In this document: positions 1-9,469 of the stretch, piece by piece
Layout of the letters: every line of letters starts with the position of its first letter
Position numbering within the stretch: position 1 is the stretch's first letter
Assembly: GCF_036321535.1 (NCBI RefSeq)
Contig: NC_087443.1
Coordinates: 79,360,001 to 79,424,000 of the forward strand
DNA from: Camelus dromedarius
Lineage: Eukaryota
Direction: 5' to 3'
DNA length: 64,000 nt
Notes under the pieces: model-generated
What the model saw: only the letters and a program-made list of their open reading frames with translations
Told to the model about the DNA's origin: nothing
Databases searched by the model: none
Program-made: the position numbers and the translations under genes

Positions 1-152
1 GGCTTCTGTAGCAAATTACCACAAACTGGGTGATTGAAAACAGCTGAGACTATTCCCTCACGGTTCTGGAGGCCGGAAGTCCTGAGTCAAGGCACAGCAG
101 GCCCACGCCCCCTCCGGAGGCTCCGTTCCTCACCTTTCCCAGTTTCTTGTGT
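1..152 (-). mobile_element. MaLR LTR fragment (MLT1-type), truncated by window edge
   Basis: gcaaattaccacaaactgggtg...ctcacggttctggaggccggaagtcc...aaggc closely follows the recalled antisense MLT1 consensus (acaaattaccacaaactgggtggc...cacagttctggaggccagaagtcc). Confidence 0.7.
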
Positions 153-339
153 CCCTGGTGGTGTGGTCAGGCTACTAAAGATGGCTGTTCTCCTGCTCTC
201 TGTACATCCCCTGCTGGACCAGTGCCTGCTTCTCCTGCACCTGCTCACATGGCCGACCTTCCTACATACCTGCCCCAGGCCCAGCCAGTGATCGTTCTGA
301 CTTTACATCAGAGCTCTCCACTATGCTTATAAAAAGGGG

Positions 340-1603
340 TGGTGAGGGACAGCCCCTCTGCTGGTTTCCCTGGTAACCGATGAGCCAACCCAACTTCATT
401 TCCCCCTGTAGCCAGTAACCTCCCACTGCCCCCGACACCACTCCTGCCCCCAGCCCGGAAAGATTCAACTCCCAGTGGACCTTGAGTGTCAATATCCACT
501 CATTGAAATACAATAGCTGCTAAATGGTCCTCCCACGGGTGCCAGGACACTTTCAAGGCTCCCTGTACAAGGTCAAAAAGTGGATGATGCACAGTGCCTG
601 GGGATCCCCGCCCCTTCCCCAAAGTAGTTGGAATCATCTTCCTACTTGCCACTTGTTAGCATATGAAGCTACTGAGCCCGTAATAACCAGCAACCCCACA
701 CCCCGAGGTCTCTCCCCCGCTCCATAGCCTTAGGAGGTGGCCCGGTCTCTTGTCTATGGAATGTGTATCTGACGCAGGAAAAATGGACGTGGGGCATGAA
801 GAGGGCCGTGTCCCAGGCTTCAGTTGAGTCCCTAGGACGTGCCCCACTAAGTGTGGGTCCTTGGCTTCGCGCAGGAAAGAATTCAAGAGGGAGCCACAGT
901 TGAGTAAAAGTAGCTTTATTCAGAGAGACACTTTGAAACGCAAGAGAAAGGCCACGAGGTTTGGGGGCTGGGTGCTCAGATTAAAAGTAGGTACACGCTT
1001 CATAGACAGAGCTCGGGCCGTGTCCCAAGGGGGAGAGAGAGAGTGTGGAGGTGGCCACAAGGTGCTGGAAGGACCAAGCTAACTAGCCTGGGGAAGGGGC
1101 TGGGATTCCCAGACATTTGGCCATTTCCCACTCTTTGACCTTTTGTGGCAAGCCTTAGGACTGTCACTGCGCCCAGGGGCATGTTATTCACCATGCTAAT
1201 ATACTACAATGGGAATATAATGCAGCTCAAGGTCTGCTGCAGTCAAATCTCCCACCATCTTGAGCCTCAAGGCCTAGGGGGGTTGAACCTTTCACCATTT
1301 TGATGTTAATTGCTGCATCATCCCTGGAATGGCTGTGCCCTGCCCCCTTCCTGTCTCATATCCACGTTTACTTTAAACTGAACGTCCCCCACCTCCCACC
1401 TCGTGGCCTCTCTGGCCTTCTGAGACAGACTGCACTCTGTCTATGGAGTGTTCATCTCTCTGAGTAAATCTACCTTCGCTCTACTATGGCTCACTCTTGA
1501 ATTCTTTCCTGAGTGAAGCCAGCGAACCTGACGGGGCACCTCCTAGGGACTCAGCCGAAGCCTGGGACGTGACCGTGCTCTCGCGCCCCACTTTCCTGCA
1601 TCA
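340..1603 (+). mobile_element. ERV1-class LTR (host copy), interrupted by a related inverted LTR; left boundary uncertain (may start near 160)
   Basis: Ends in ...ttcctgcatCA at 1603. 1447-1603 is homologous to the reverse complement of 770-925, and 560-630 to the reverse complement of 1080-1145. Degenerate polyA-signal region gagtaaatctacc near 1463. Confidence 0.7.
770..1358 (-). mobile_element. ERV1-class solo LTR, 589 bp, with 4-bp target-site duplication
   Basis: TG...CA termini (tgacgc at 770, tgtctca ending 1358), flanked by TATC at 766-769 and 1359-1362. Minus-strand AATAAA (tttatt at ~915-920). A 4-bp TSD is typical of class I (gammaretrovirus-like) integrases. Confidence 0.85.
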
Positions 1604-1802
1604 GTAATGCCTTCCTTGGCCACCCCATCCCCTGACCCTGCTCCAATGGTTTACTGAGTTCTTATCACCATCTAATGTTATATTTAACATTTGTGTATTT
1701 TTCATTTGCTCACCCAACTAGAATGTTAACTCTGTGAAATCCAGGACTTTGCTTTGTTCACATTTTATTCCATGAGCTCCGTAAAAATCTGTTGAATGAA
1801 TA
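1604..1802 (+). mobile_element. L2 LINE 3' tail
   Basis: cttatcaccatct...ccaactagaatgttaactctgtga...ggactttgctttgttcac...aatctgttgaatgaat matches the recalled L2 3' end. Confidence 0.7.
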
Positions 1803-2914
1803 TGTTAGTCGTGAGGTACAACTTTCATTCATTTGGCAACCATGAAATTTTCAGTAAGCCCAGACTTTGCTCTCAAGAAGTACCTGGTAGGTGAACAAAT
1901 TAAAAATCAATAAAGAGAGTTAAAATTAGGAAGAGCAGAGGAAAGGACTCTCTCCGGAGGGGACAAGAGTGGATTGTGGGGGACCTGATGGCGGGCAGGT
2001 TGGGAGGGTTGCAGTTCAGACCCTGGGGGAGGGAGCGGGTCAGACTAAAGTGTCTTAAATCAAGGAGACAACTGCACTCCTACAATGTCAGTGGGTTACA
2101 GGTGACAGAGAGATGTCAGAAAAGAATCCAGGATTACAAACCCAAAGGATCGTTTTGAAGGGAAGTCAACATTTTAATGAAATTAATAAACATTTAAACA
2201 CAATTTAACCCAAAACCTTTTTTTTGAAAAATTTTAATGCTGAAAAGCTCTCCAAAATATTGTTTCATGCTTTTCTTTACTCTCTATAACATACAATTTT
2301 AGCTCTGCGGGAAACACGGTCAAATTGATGTTTTCTGCAGATGGAGCCACTGACACATATCTGGCCAAGGCATCTGCACACAGAGCTGAGAATGAGGTCG
2401 GCCAGTCTCCAGGGGAACTTGGGAACCAAATTCCTCTCTTTTAAGAAGCCACGAAGAACACAATCTAAAAATGAGATATGAGAAAACCTCATTAATTCAA
2501 ATATTTCTCATCTCTATTTGTGACCACTTGGATTTTACCTTGGTAATGAAGAATTTGCAAAGCAAATTAAGAAGGTAAATAAGATTAGAGAGTGATTGTT
2601 TAAACTACTCAAGAGAACAAAGTGTTTTCATGAATTCATTTGCATACAAAATTGATAGACTAATTAAAATATCTTCCAATTAGCAGAGTCACTTATTGCA
2701 CATTAGCCTGATAAAATTAATTCACTTGAAAAGAAGTAAATTTTATTTTTCTTAAGATAGTGATTTTAGTGTAAATTTATGATGCTTTCTGATCATTTCA
2801 TACTTAGGATTGAAATTCAAATCACCTGTAATATTTCTTCTTTTTAATTATTATCATTTTTTAATCATTTGCATAGGTGTGCTTTTGTTTTAGTTTTTAG
2901 GTCAGTTTTATTCA

Positions 2915-4015
2915 CCAGTTCATGGACATGTGGATTCTTTACAGTTCTTGGCTATTATGAATAAAGCTGCTATAAACATGCAAGTGGAAGTGTTTGTGTG
3001 GACAAATGCTTTCATTTCTCTTGGGTAAATAAATACATAAGAGCAGAACGGCTGAATCATATAGCAGGTGCATGTTTACCTTATAAAAAACTGGCAAACT
3101 ATTTTCCAAAATGTTTGCACCATTTTACATTTCTGCCAGCATGTACAAGAGCTCCATTGCTCCACAGCCTCATGAACACTTTGTAATTTCGGGTATTTTA
3201 ATTTCAGCTCTTCCTGTAGGTATCAAGTCATGTTTCACTAGAGTTTTAATCTGCAGATCCCTAATGACTAATGATGTTGAGCCAATTTGCCATTCGGATG
3301 TCTTCTTTGGTGAAGTGTCCAAATCTTTTGTTCATTTTCACTTGGATTGTTTTATCTTCTTCTTATTGTAGCCTAAAGATTCTTTACACATTCTTATGTT
3401 TTACAAATATTTTTTCCCAGTCTATGGCTTGCTTTTTCATTTTCATGAAAGTGTCTTTAGAAGAGCCAACATTTCAAATTTCAATAGGATCTAAATTATA
3501 AGTTTTGTAAATAGTTGGGGGGGTTTTGTGTCCTATTTTAGAAATTTTTCTCTTAAGCAAAGCATTTAGAAATCTTTATATGAAATAGATAAACAAGTTT
3601 ATACTGTATGGCACAGGGAACTATATTCAATATCTTACAGTAGCTTATAATGAAAAAGAATATGAAAATGAATGTATGTACATGTATGACTGAGACATTA
3701 AGCTGTACACCAGAAATTGACACAACACTGGAAACTGACTTTACTGCAATTTAAAAAAAATAATTCTTTAAATTGTTTTATTCCAGCAATTTTATAATTT
3801 AAGGTACATTTGTGTCTTTTTTTTGGCTTTTCTTCCATGGTGGGATATAGAAACCTTTTTTTTTTGCATTTAGTAATCCAATTTTTCTAGCCCTATATAT
3901 TGAAAACATTGTCTTTTCTACTACCAATTGCCTTGGCAAATTTTATGTGTGTCTATTTCTGAGCTCTCTGTACTGTTCCACTGATCTATATGTCTGTTTT
4001 TTGCCAGTGCCGCAT
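2915..4015 (-). mobile_element. Old L1 (L1M-type) ORF2 end/3' region, antisense
   Basis: Characteristic antisense L1M text: ggctattatgaataaagctgctataaacatg...gtgtggacaaatgctttcatttctcttggg...ctaatgactaatgatgttgag...gaagtgtccaaatc. No open ORF2. Confidence 0.85.
3583..3760 (+). mobile_element. Short 5'-truncated young camelid-type L1 3' end, inserted in the old L1
   Basis: aaatagataaacaag...ggcacagggaactatattcaatatc...gctgtacaccagaaattgacacaacac...gactttactgcaatttaaaaaaaa, ending in an A tail. Same family as 4551-5010 and 57416-57687. Confidence 0.8.
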
Positions 4016-4102
4016 TCATTTGCCAGTGCCAATTTGTCAGTGGAAAATACTGAAAAAGCCCAAATCAAATTTCAGAAATAAAAAATATTACCTGAAGTGA
4101 AA

Positions 4103-4550
4103 NNNNNNNNNNNNNNNNNNNNNNNNNNNNNNNNNNNNNNNNNNNNNNNNNNNNNNNNNNNNNNNNNNNNNNNNNNNNNNNNNNNNNNNNNNNNNNNNNN
4201 NNNNNNNNNNNNNNNNNNNNNNNNNNNNNNNNNNNNNNNNNNNNNNNNNNNNNNNNNNNNNNNNNNNNNNNNNNNNNNNNNNNNNNNNNNNNNNNNNNNN
4301 NNNNNNNNNNNNNNNNNNNNNNNNNNNNNNNNNNNNNNNNNNNNNNNNNNNNNNNNNNNNNNNNNNNNNNNNNAGAAGGAACCCTACTTCAAAANNNNNN
4401 NNNNNNNNNNNNNNNNNNNNNNNNNNNNNNNNNNNNNNNNNNNNNNNNNNNNNNNNNNNNNNNNNNNNNNNNNNNNNNNNNNNNNNNNNNNNNNNNNNNN
4501 NNNNNNNNNNNNNNNNNNNNNNNNNNNNNNNNNNNNNNNNNNNNNNNNNN
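4103..4550. other. Assembly gap (271 N + 21-bp island at 4374-4394 + 156 N)
   Basis: Directly visible N runs. Confidence 0.99.
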
Positions 4551-5010
4551 ATTTGCAGCAACATGGATGCTCCTGGAGAATGCCCTTCTAAGTGAAGTAA
4601 GCCAGAAAGAGAAAGAAAAATACCATATGAGATCGTTCATATGTGGAATCTAAAAAAACAAAACAAAACAAAACATAAATACAAATCAGAAACAGACTCA
4701 TAGACATAGAATGCAAACTTGTGGTTGCCAAGGGGGTGGGTGGTGGGAAGGGACAGATTGGGATTTCAAAATGTAGAATAGATAAACAAGATTATATGGT
4801 ATAGCACAGGGAAATATATACAAGATAGCAGGTCACAGAGAAAAAATATGTGACAATGAATATATATATGTTCATGTATAACTGAAATACATATATATAT
4901 ATATATTTATATTTATATGTTCATGTAAAACTGAAAAAGTGTGCCCTTCACTGGAATTTGACACAACAATGTAAAATGATTATAACTCAATTAAAAAGAA
5001 AGAAAAGAAA
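4551..5010 (+). mobile_element. Young camelid-type L1, ORF2 C-terminus and 3' UTR with A-rich tail
   Basis: atttgcagcaacatggatg (ORF2 FAATWM-like motif), aagtgaagtaagccagaaagagaaagaaaaataccatatg, G-rich 3' UTR tract, tail ctcaattaaaaagaaagaaaagaaaa. Confidence 0.9.
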
Positions 5011-5384
5011 AACACACTGAAAGAGGTTATCAGTGAACAAAGCTGGAGAGGAAAGACGAGTGAACTTGAAGACAGAAGTGATGAACCTATTCCACCATCT
5101 GCAATCCATCCAACTTAATTGTTCAGTAGTCCAGTGTCCATGTGTTGTGCAACCAGCTGTGTTAATCTGAACCTCCATTGGTAGCAACGAATCAACCAGC
5201 TTACTGTGTGCCGTTTCTTTTTCCTTCCCTCTTACAGTATCATTTATAATGTTACTTCCTCAGCACCTTGCTCTCCCACCCCTTCAGTGAGGTGGTTTCT
5301 TATATTTGTAATACATACAATTAGCCTCATTTATTACATGCTACATTCCATCCTAGGGTCCCTCAATCTCCTAAGTGATTTTAA

Positions 5385-5750
5385 AAAAAATTTCTTATAT
5401 TAATATTTATTCTTGATTCTATAAAGTTCTAGGAGTTTTGACCAATACGTAATACCATGACAAATGACATACAGTATCATACAGAATCATTTCACCACCA
5501 TAAAAAAATCCATTGTACTTCATTTATTCATTCTCCCCCTTTCTCCTAAACTCCCACCAATCACTGATCTTTTTTTCTTTAATTATTGTTCTATTTGTGC
5601 CTGTTCCAGTATGTCATGTGATTGGCATCACAGGGTGCATAGCCTTCTCAGACTGAACGCTTTCACTAAGCAAAATCATTTAGGATTCATTCACGTCTAT
5701 TTATGGCTTATTAACTCATTTCTTTTTATTGTTCTGTACTATTTTTTTAA
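5385..5750 (-). mobile_element. Old L1 (L1MC/MD-like) 3' end, antisense
   Basis: acagtatcatacagaatcatttcaccacc...atcactgatctt...agccttctcagactg...ctttcactaagcaaaatcatttaggattcattcac. Confidence 0.7.
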
Positions 5751-5819
5751 AGCCCGAGTATTTATTAGTTTCTTTGGACTGGGACTGATACATGTGCATG
5801 TATACAGAAAACAATAAAG

Positions 5820-6650
5820 AATATCTTCTTATCTTAAAATACGGTTCTGCCATCCATCTAATTGCTCAGGCCGGAAAACTGAGAGCCATTCTAGCATCTT
5901 ATTTGTCTCTCCTCACATTCAATCCATCACCTATTCTTGTGTATTCTATACTAATATATAGCTTGAATGCACTGATTTTTCTCCATTTCTACTCCTATAC
6001 CCCCATCCAATTGACCATTATATCTCAGCTAGGCTACTTCAATAGATTTCTAACCATTATGCCCACTTCCCTTCCAATCAATTCTCCAGGCAGCAGTTAG
6101 AGACATAATTGTATGATTTTAAACCCCTGTTTAAGGTCTTCTCACCTTGCTAATCGCTTGGAATGAAATCCAAACAGTTGTGGAGTCTCTCAAGAACTCT
6201 CAGTGAGGTCACGTCCACTCTCAAGGCTCAGTTCCTCTTGCTCCCGCTCTCAACCGCTTGTACCTGCTGCCCTGGTCTTCCGGCTCCGACAGCAAGCTCC
6301 TCTCACACCAGAGTCCTTCCCCGTCCTGGGCCCCTTGGAGGAATGCTCCTTCCCCAGCTGTGTGTGAGGCTGACTTCTCATTCTTCAAGTTTCCTTTTTC
6401 AGGCCACCTCCTCAGAGAAGTCTGCCTTGTTCACTGGGTCTAAAAATGCACCCACCTAGTTATGTTTGTGCCTAGCCTGTACTACCAATTTTAATAATGC
6501 ATATTTTTAATGTTTGTTTTCCTCACTGTCTTGTAAGAACATTAGGCAAGGCCATGTGTGTTTCGTTTATCATTGGACTCCAACACCCGGAACTATGGCT
6601 GGCACATTTCAGATGCTCAAAAAATATGTGTTGAATTAATGGATGGGTGA
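5820..6650 (+). mobile_element. L2 LINE 3' portion
   Basis: ccatccatctaattgctcaggccggaaaact...atctcagctaggctacttcaatag...ggaatgaaatccaaac...ggctggcacatttcagatgctcaaaaaatatgtgttgaattaatgg. Confidence 0.8.
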
Positions 6651-6689
6651 GTTGCAGTGATAAGAGAAAAAAAGCCCAGATGAACACAG

Positions 6690-6870
6690 CTTTAAGTTCT
6701 CACTCTTATTCTGAGTGACCTTGGCGAATTTTGTAACATTTCTGATTCACAGTTTCTTAATCCATTGAGTAAATATAATGCTTTTTTCTGAAAAGCCTAC
6801 AGTAAGGATGGCAATAATAAATAGAGATGGCCCAATATGTAAGTACATTGTAGAAATTCAATAGATGCTA
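6690..6870 (+). mobile_element. MIR SINE
   Basis: gagtgaccttggcgaattttgtaacatttctgattcacagtttcttaatcc...gtaaggatgg...tcaatagatgctagct, a degraded MIR core. Confidence 0.55.
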
Positions 6871-7089
6871 GCTAAAAACATATTAATTACAGCACGGCCA
6901 GATGATCTGAACAACAATTTTACTTTTTAGAATTTATTGAATTGTTCATTTTTATCACATATTACATGCTCCTAATTTTCATAAATATTCCTTGGTTTTA
7001 GGATACAAAGAAAGGGAGAGGGAAAGAGAGAAAAGCTAAGGGCTCTCACAATTTCTTTATATTTTGTTTTATACATTTTTTGTTCATTT

Positions 7090-8640
7090 CAACATAGTCT
7101 ACTAACTATTATATTCCCTGTGAATGACAACTTTTATCAATATCAAATTACTCTTTTCCTATTTAGTGGTTTTGGCTTTAAATTCTGCTGTGTTTCAGAT
7201 CAATTTGGTCACTCTTTTTTATGGTTATATTTGCCTAATCAATTTTTTATTTATCCTTTCAGCTTGACATTTGATTGTAGTTTTATTTTTAGTTGTATGT
7301 CTTTAGGCCGTGTGCAGTTGGATATTCTGAAATCTAATCCAAACTCTTGCAAATATTTAAGTCAAGGTTCTCAAACAGAACTTACAGAGGAATTAGTTTA
7401 ACTACAAGTTCTTGTTCTCTTTTCTATGGACTCTACTTTAGCAAACCCAGCTCCTGTAGAGCCCAGGAGTCTGCATTTTAATGGCAAAAACCAGTTTTCT
7501 GAAACATCCAATCCATAGAAACATGCTTAGTGATGATTAAAGCATTTCACTTCTCACCACAACTGGAAATTTCCACTTCATTTCCCTCATCCTATTTTAT
7601 ACCTAGTTTCATTTTATGCTTCTTTGTTTACTTTTCCTTGAGCTAATTTTCCTCTTTTAAAAAAAAATACTAATGGAGTATACCTTTAAGCTTTCTTAGA
7701 AACAGTTAAGTCGGCATTTCTTTCATTATAAAGTCAAGAATTAATTTATTCTTGTTTCTCCTTGCTCCAGGTAAAAGAAAGAACTTCACGTATTCTTGAT
7801 TTGAAGCCATAATTATTATTATTATCAATACTTTGCATTTCAACCATATAGAATGCATTCCTTGCAGGGTGGCTCTCCGGTTTTATAATATAAACACTTA
7901 CTTATATTTACAGTCTTTCTAGAACTACAGTTATAAGTATTCATATTTAGCTGTCAGTTTAACTGGCTGACCTCTTATAAGCTGTTCTTTAATAAGTAAC
8001 CCAACCTGGAATATTTAATGAGACAATATTTCTCTGTTAGCCAGGGCATATATGTCAACGTAAGTTTTTAAAGACCTTGTCTCAGACCTTGCACAGGTGA
8101 GGATATCATGGCATTATCTCTACACAGGGTCAACATTTGGCTAGGTATAAAATTTGACCTTACAGCATTTCTCTCCCAAGAACATGTGAAGAGTGATGCT
8201 CTGTTTTTCGGGCTTCAGTTTTTCAAAGAAGTCTGAGACCAACTGAGCTTTCTTTCCTATGAGCAACATGCCTTATCTATCTCAGGTGTTTCAAGGATCC
8301 ATCCTTTAATTACCTTGTTCAAAAATGTGATTATCATCTAATTAATTTTGTCTGGAGCATGATGCCCATTTTCAATCTGCATATAATCAGTTTTTTTTAA
8401 CGGAGGCAATGTTTCTCTAATTACGCTTGCGTTTAATCATGATTCTCTTTCAAGCATCCTGATCCCTTCATTAGATACATCACTAACTTTTAGGGTTGCT
8501 CCCCTCTTACTCACATAATGCTAAGTTTTCCAATAGAAACAACCCGCTTTCAGAACTGCTCGTTAGGCAATCTGGCTCCCCAACCCCGGCCCTCCATCGT
8601 TAGCACAGAAGAAAACTTCTCCAATTCCTCCTTCAGTTCC
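7090..8640 (-). mobile_element. Very old L1 (ORF1 to ORF2 start), antisense, degraded
   Basis: Antisense L1 ORF1-like blocks (ggctaggtataaaattt, gaagtctgagaccaactg) at 8130-8330 and antisense endonuclease-region text at 7100-7350. Confidence 0.6.
7364..7518. mobile_element. MER5-like hAT MITE remnant
   Basis: ggttctcaaac start and gcccaggagtctgcattttaa internal motif, both typical of MER5A. Confidence 0.5.
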
Positions 8641-8724
8641 CAGCCTGATGCTCTCCATATCAGTGGGCAAAAAGGAATCTCCACAGTAGGAGGAAAGTCA
8701 GCATCATGAACGATGAACCTGAAA

Positions 8725-8880
8725 AACAATCGACAAAATGAAACGGCGGCCTACAGAACAGGAGAAATTATCTGCAAGCCACATATCCAGTTAGGGGCTA
8801 ATATTCAAAATATGTGAGAAACTCACACAGCTCAGTAGCAGAAAACAATTTGTTTAAAAATGGGGAAAGGATCTGTATTA
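8725..8880 (+). mobile_element. L1 ORF2 3' fragment
   Basis: caatcgacaaaatgaaacggcggcctacagaacaggagaaattatctgcaagccacatatcc matches L1M ORF2. Confidence 0.75.
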
Positions 8881-9469
8881 ATTTTTAAAACAAGGTAAAC
8901 ATGTTATGTCTCAGTACGTAATTAGTATTAATACAGCAATGCAGAGCTAAAATTACAAGTAATTATACATAACAGTTAACTAATTCATAACTAAAATTAC
9001 AAATCAGTTATAAAGAATGAAAGTGATGTGGCATTCTGCAGTCAACGTGTTTGTGTGCTCTTGTGTCAAACCCTGGTGGCTGGCTATTGAAAATAATTTA
9101 AAAAATTGGATATTAAGTCAGCAATAATGCAGTTAATTTCAATATACTTCAATATCAAACTTTTCCTACATATTTAATTTAAAAAAAAAATGATGTGTTG
9201 CCAAAACCCAAACTGTCTAGGACCTTGTTTTTCAAAAATTTTGTTACCAGGAGGTTGAAAATATAAAAGATTTTTGAGTTGAAGTGAGAAGTTATGTAAA
9301 AAGAACAAATACCTGGTTGTATGATTTGATTAGAATAGGTCTAAACTGCCTTATTGAATAATGCACACAAAGTCTTAACATTACAAGTTTTATCTGTGTG
9401 TTTTATCCTATGATCCTTGAAAAATGTAGTAGTCCCTGAAAATATTCTAGTTACAGCTAAAAGAATCAC

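Larger units (their letters stand above)
4040..5085 (+). mobile_element. Old L1 ORF1 fragment split in two (4040-4102 and ~5005-5085) by a younger L1
   Basis: gaaataaaaaatattacctgaagtgaaa | aaaacacactgaaagagg...agtgaacttgaagacaga joins into the recalled L1M ORF1 coiled-coil region. Confidence 0.6.

Noticed and set aside
4088-4640. Long ORFs of 83-164 aa in the ORF track
   Set aside because: They consist mostly of X from the N gap; artefacts.
8515-8718. Minus-strand segment with excellent splice sites (ttgtttttcag|G ... TAT|gtgagt)
   Set aside because: Stops in all three frames, and it lies on the junction of two L1 fragments.
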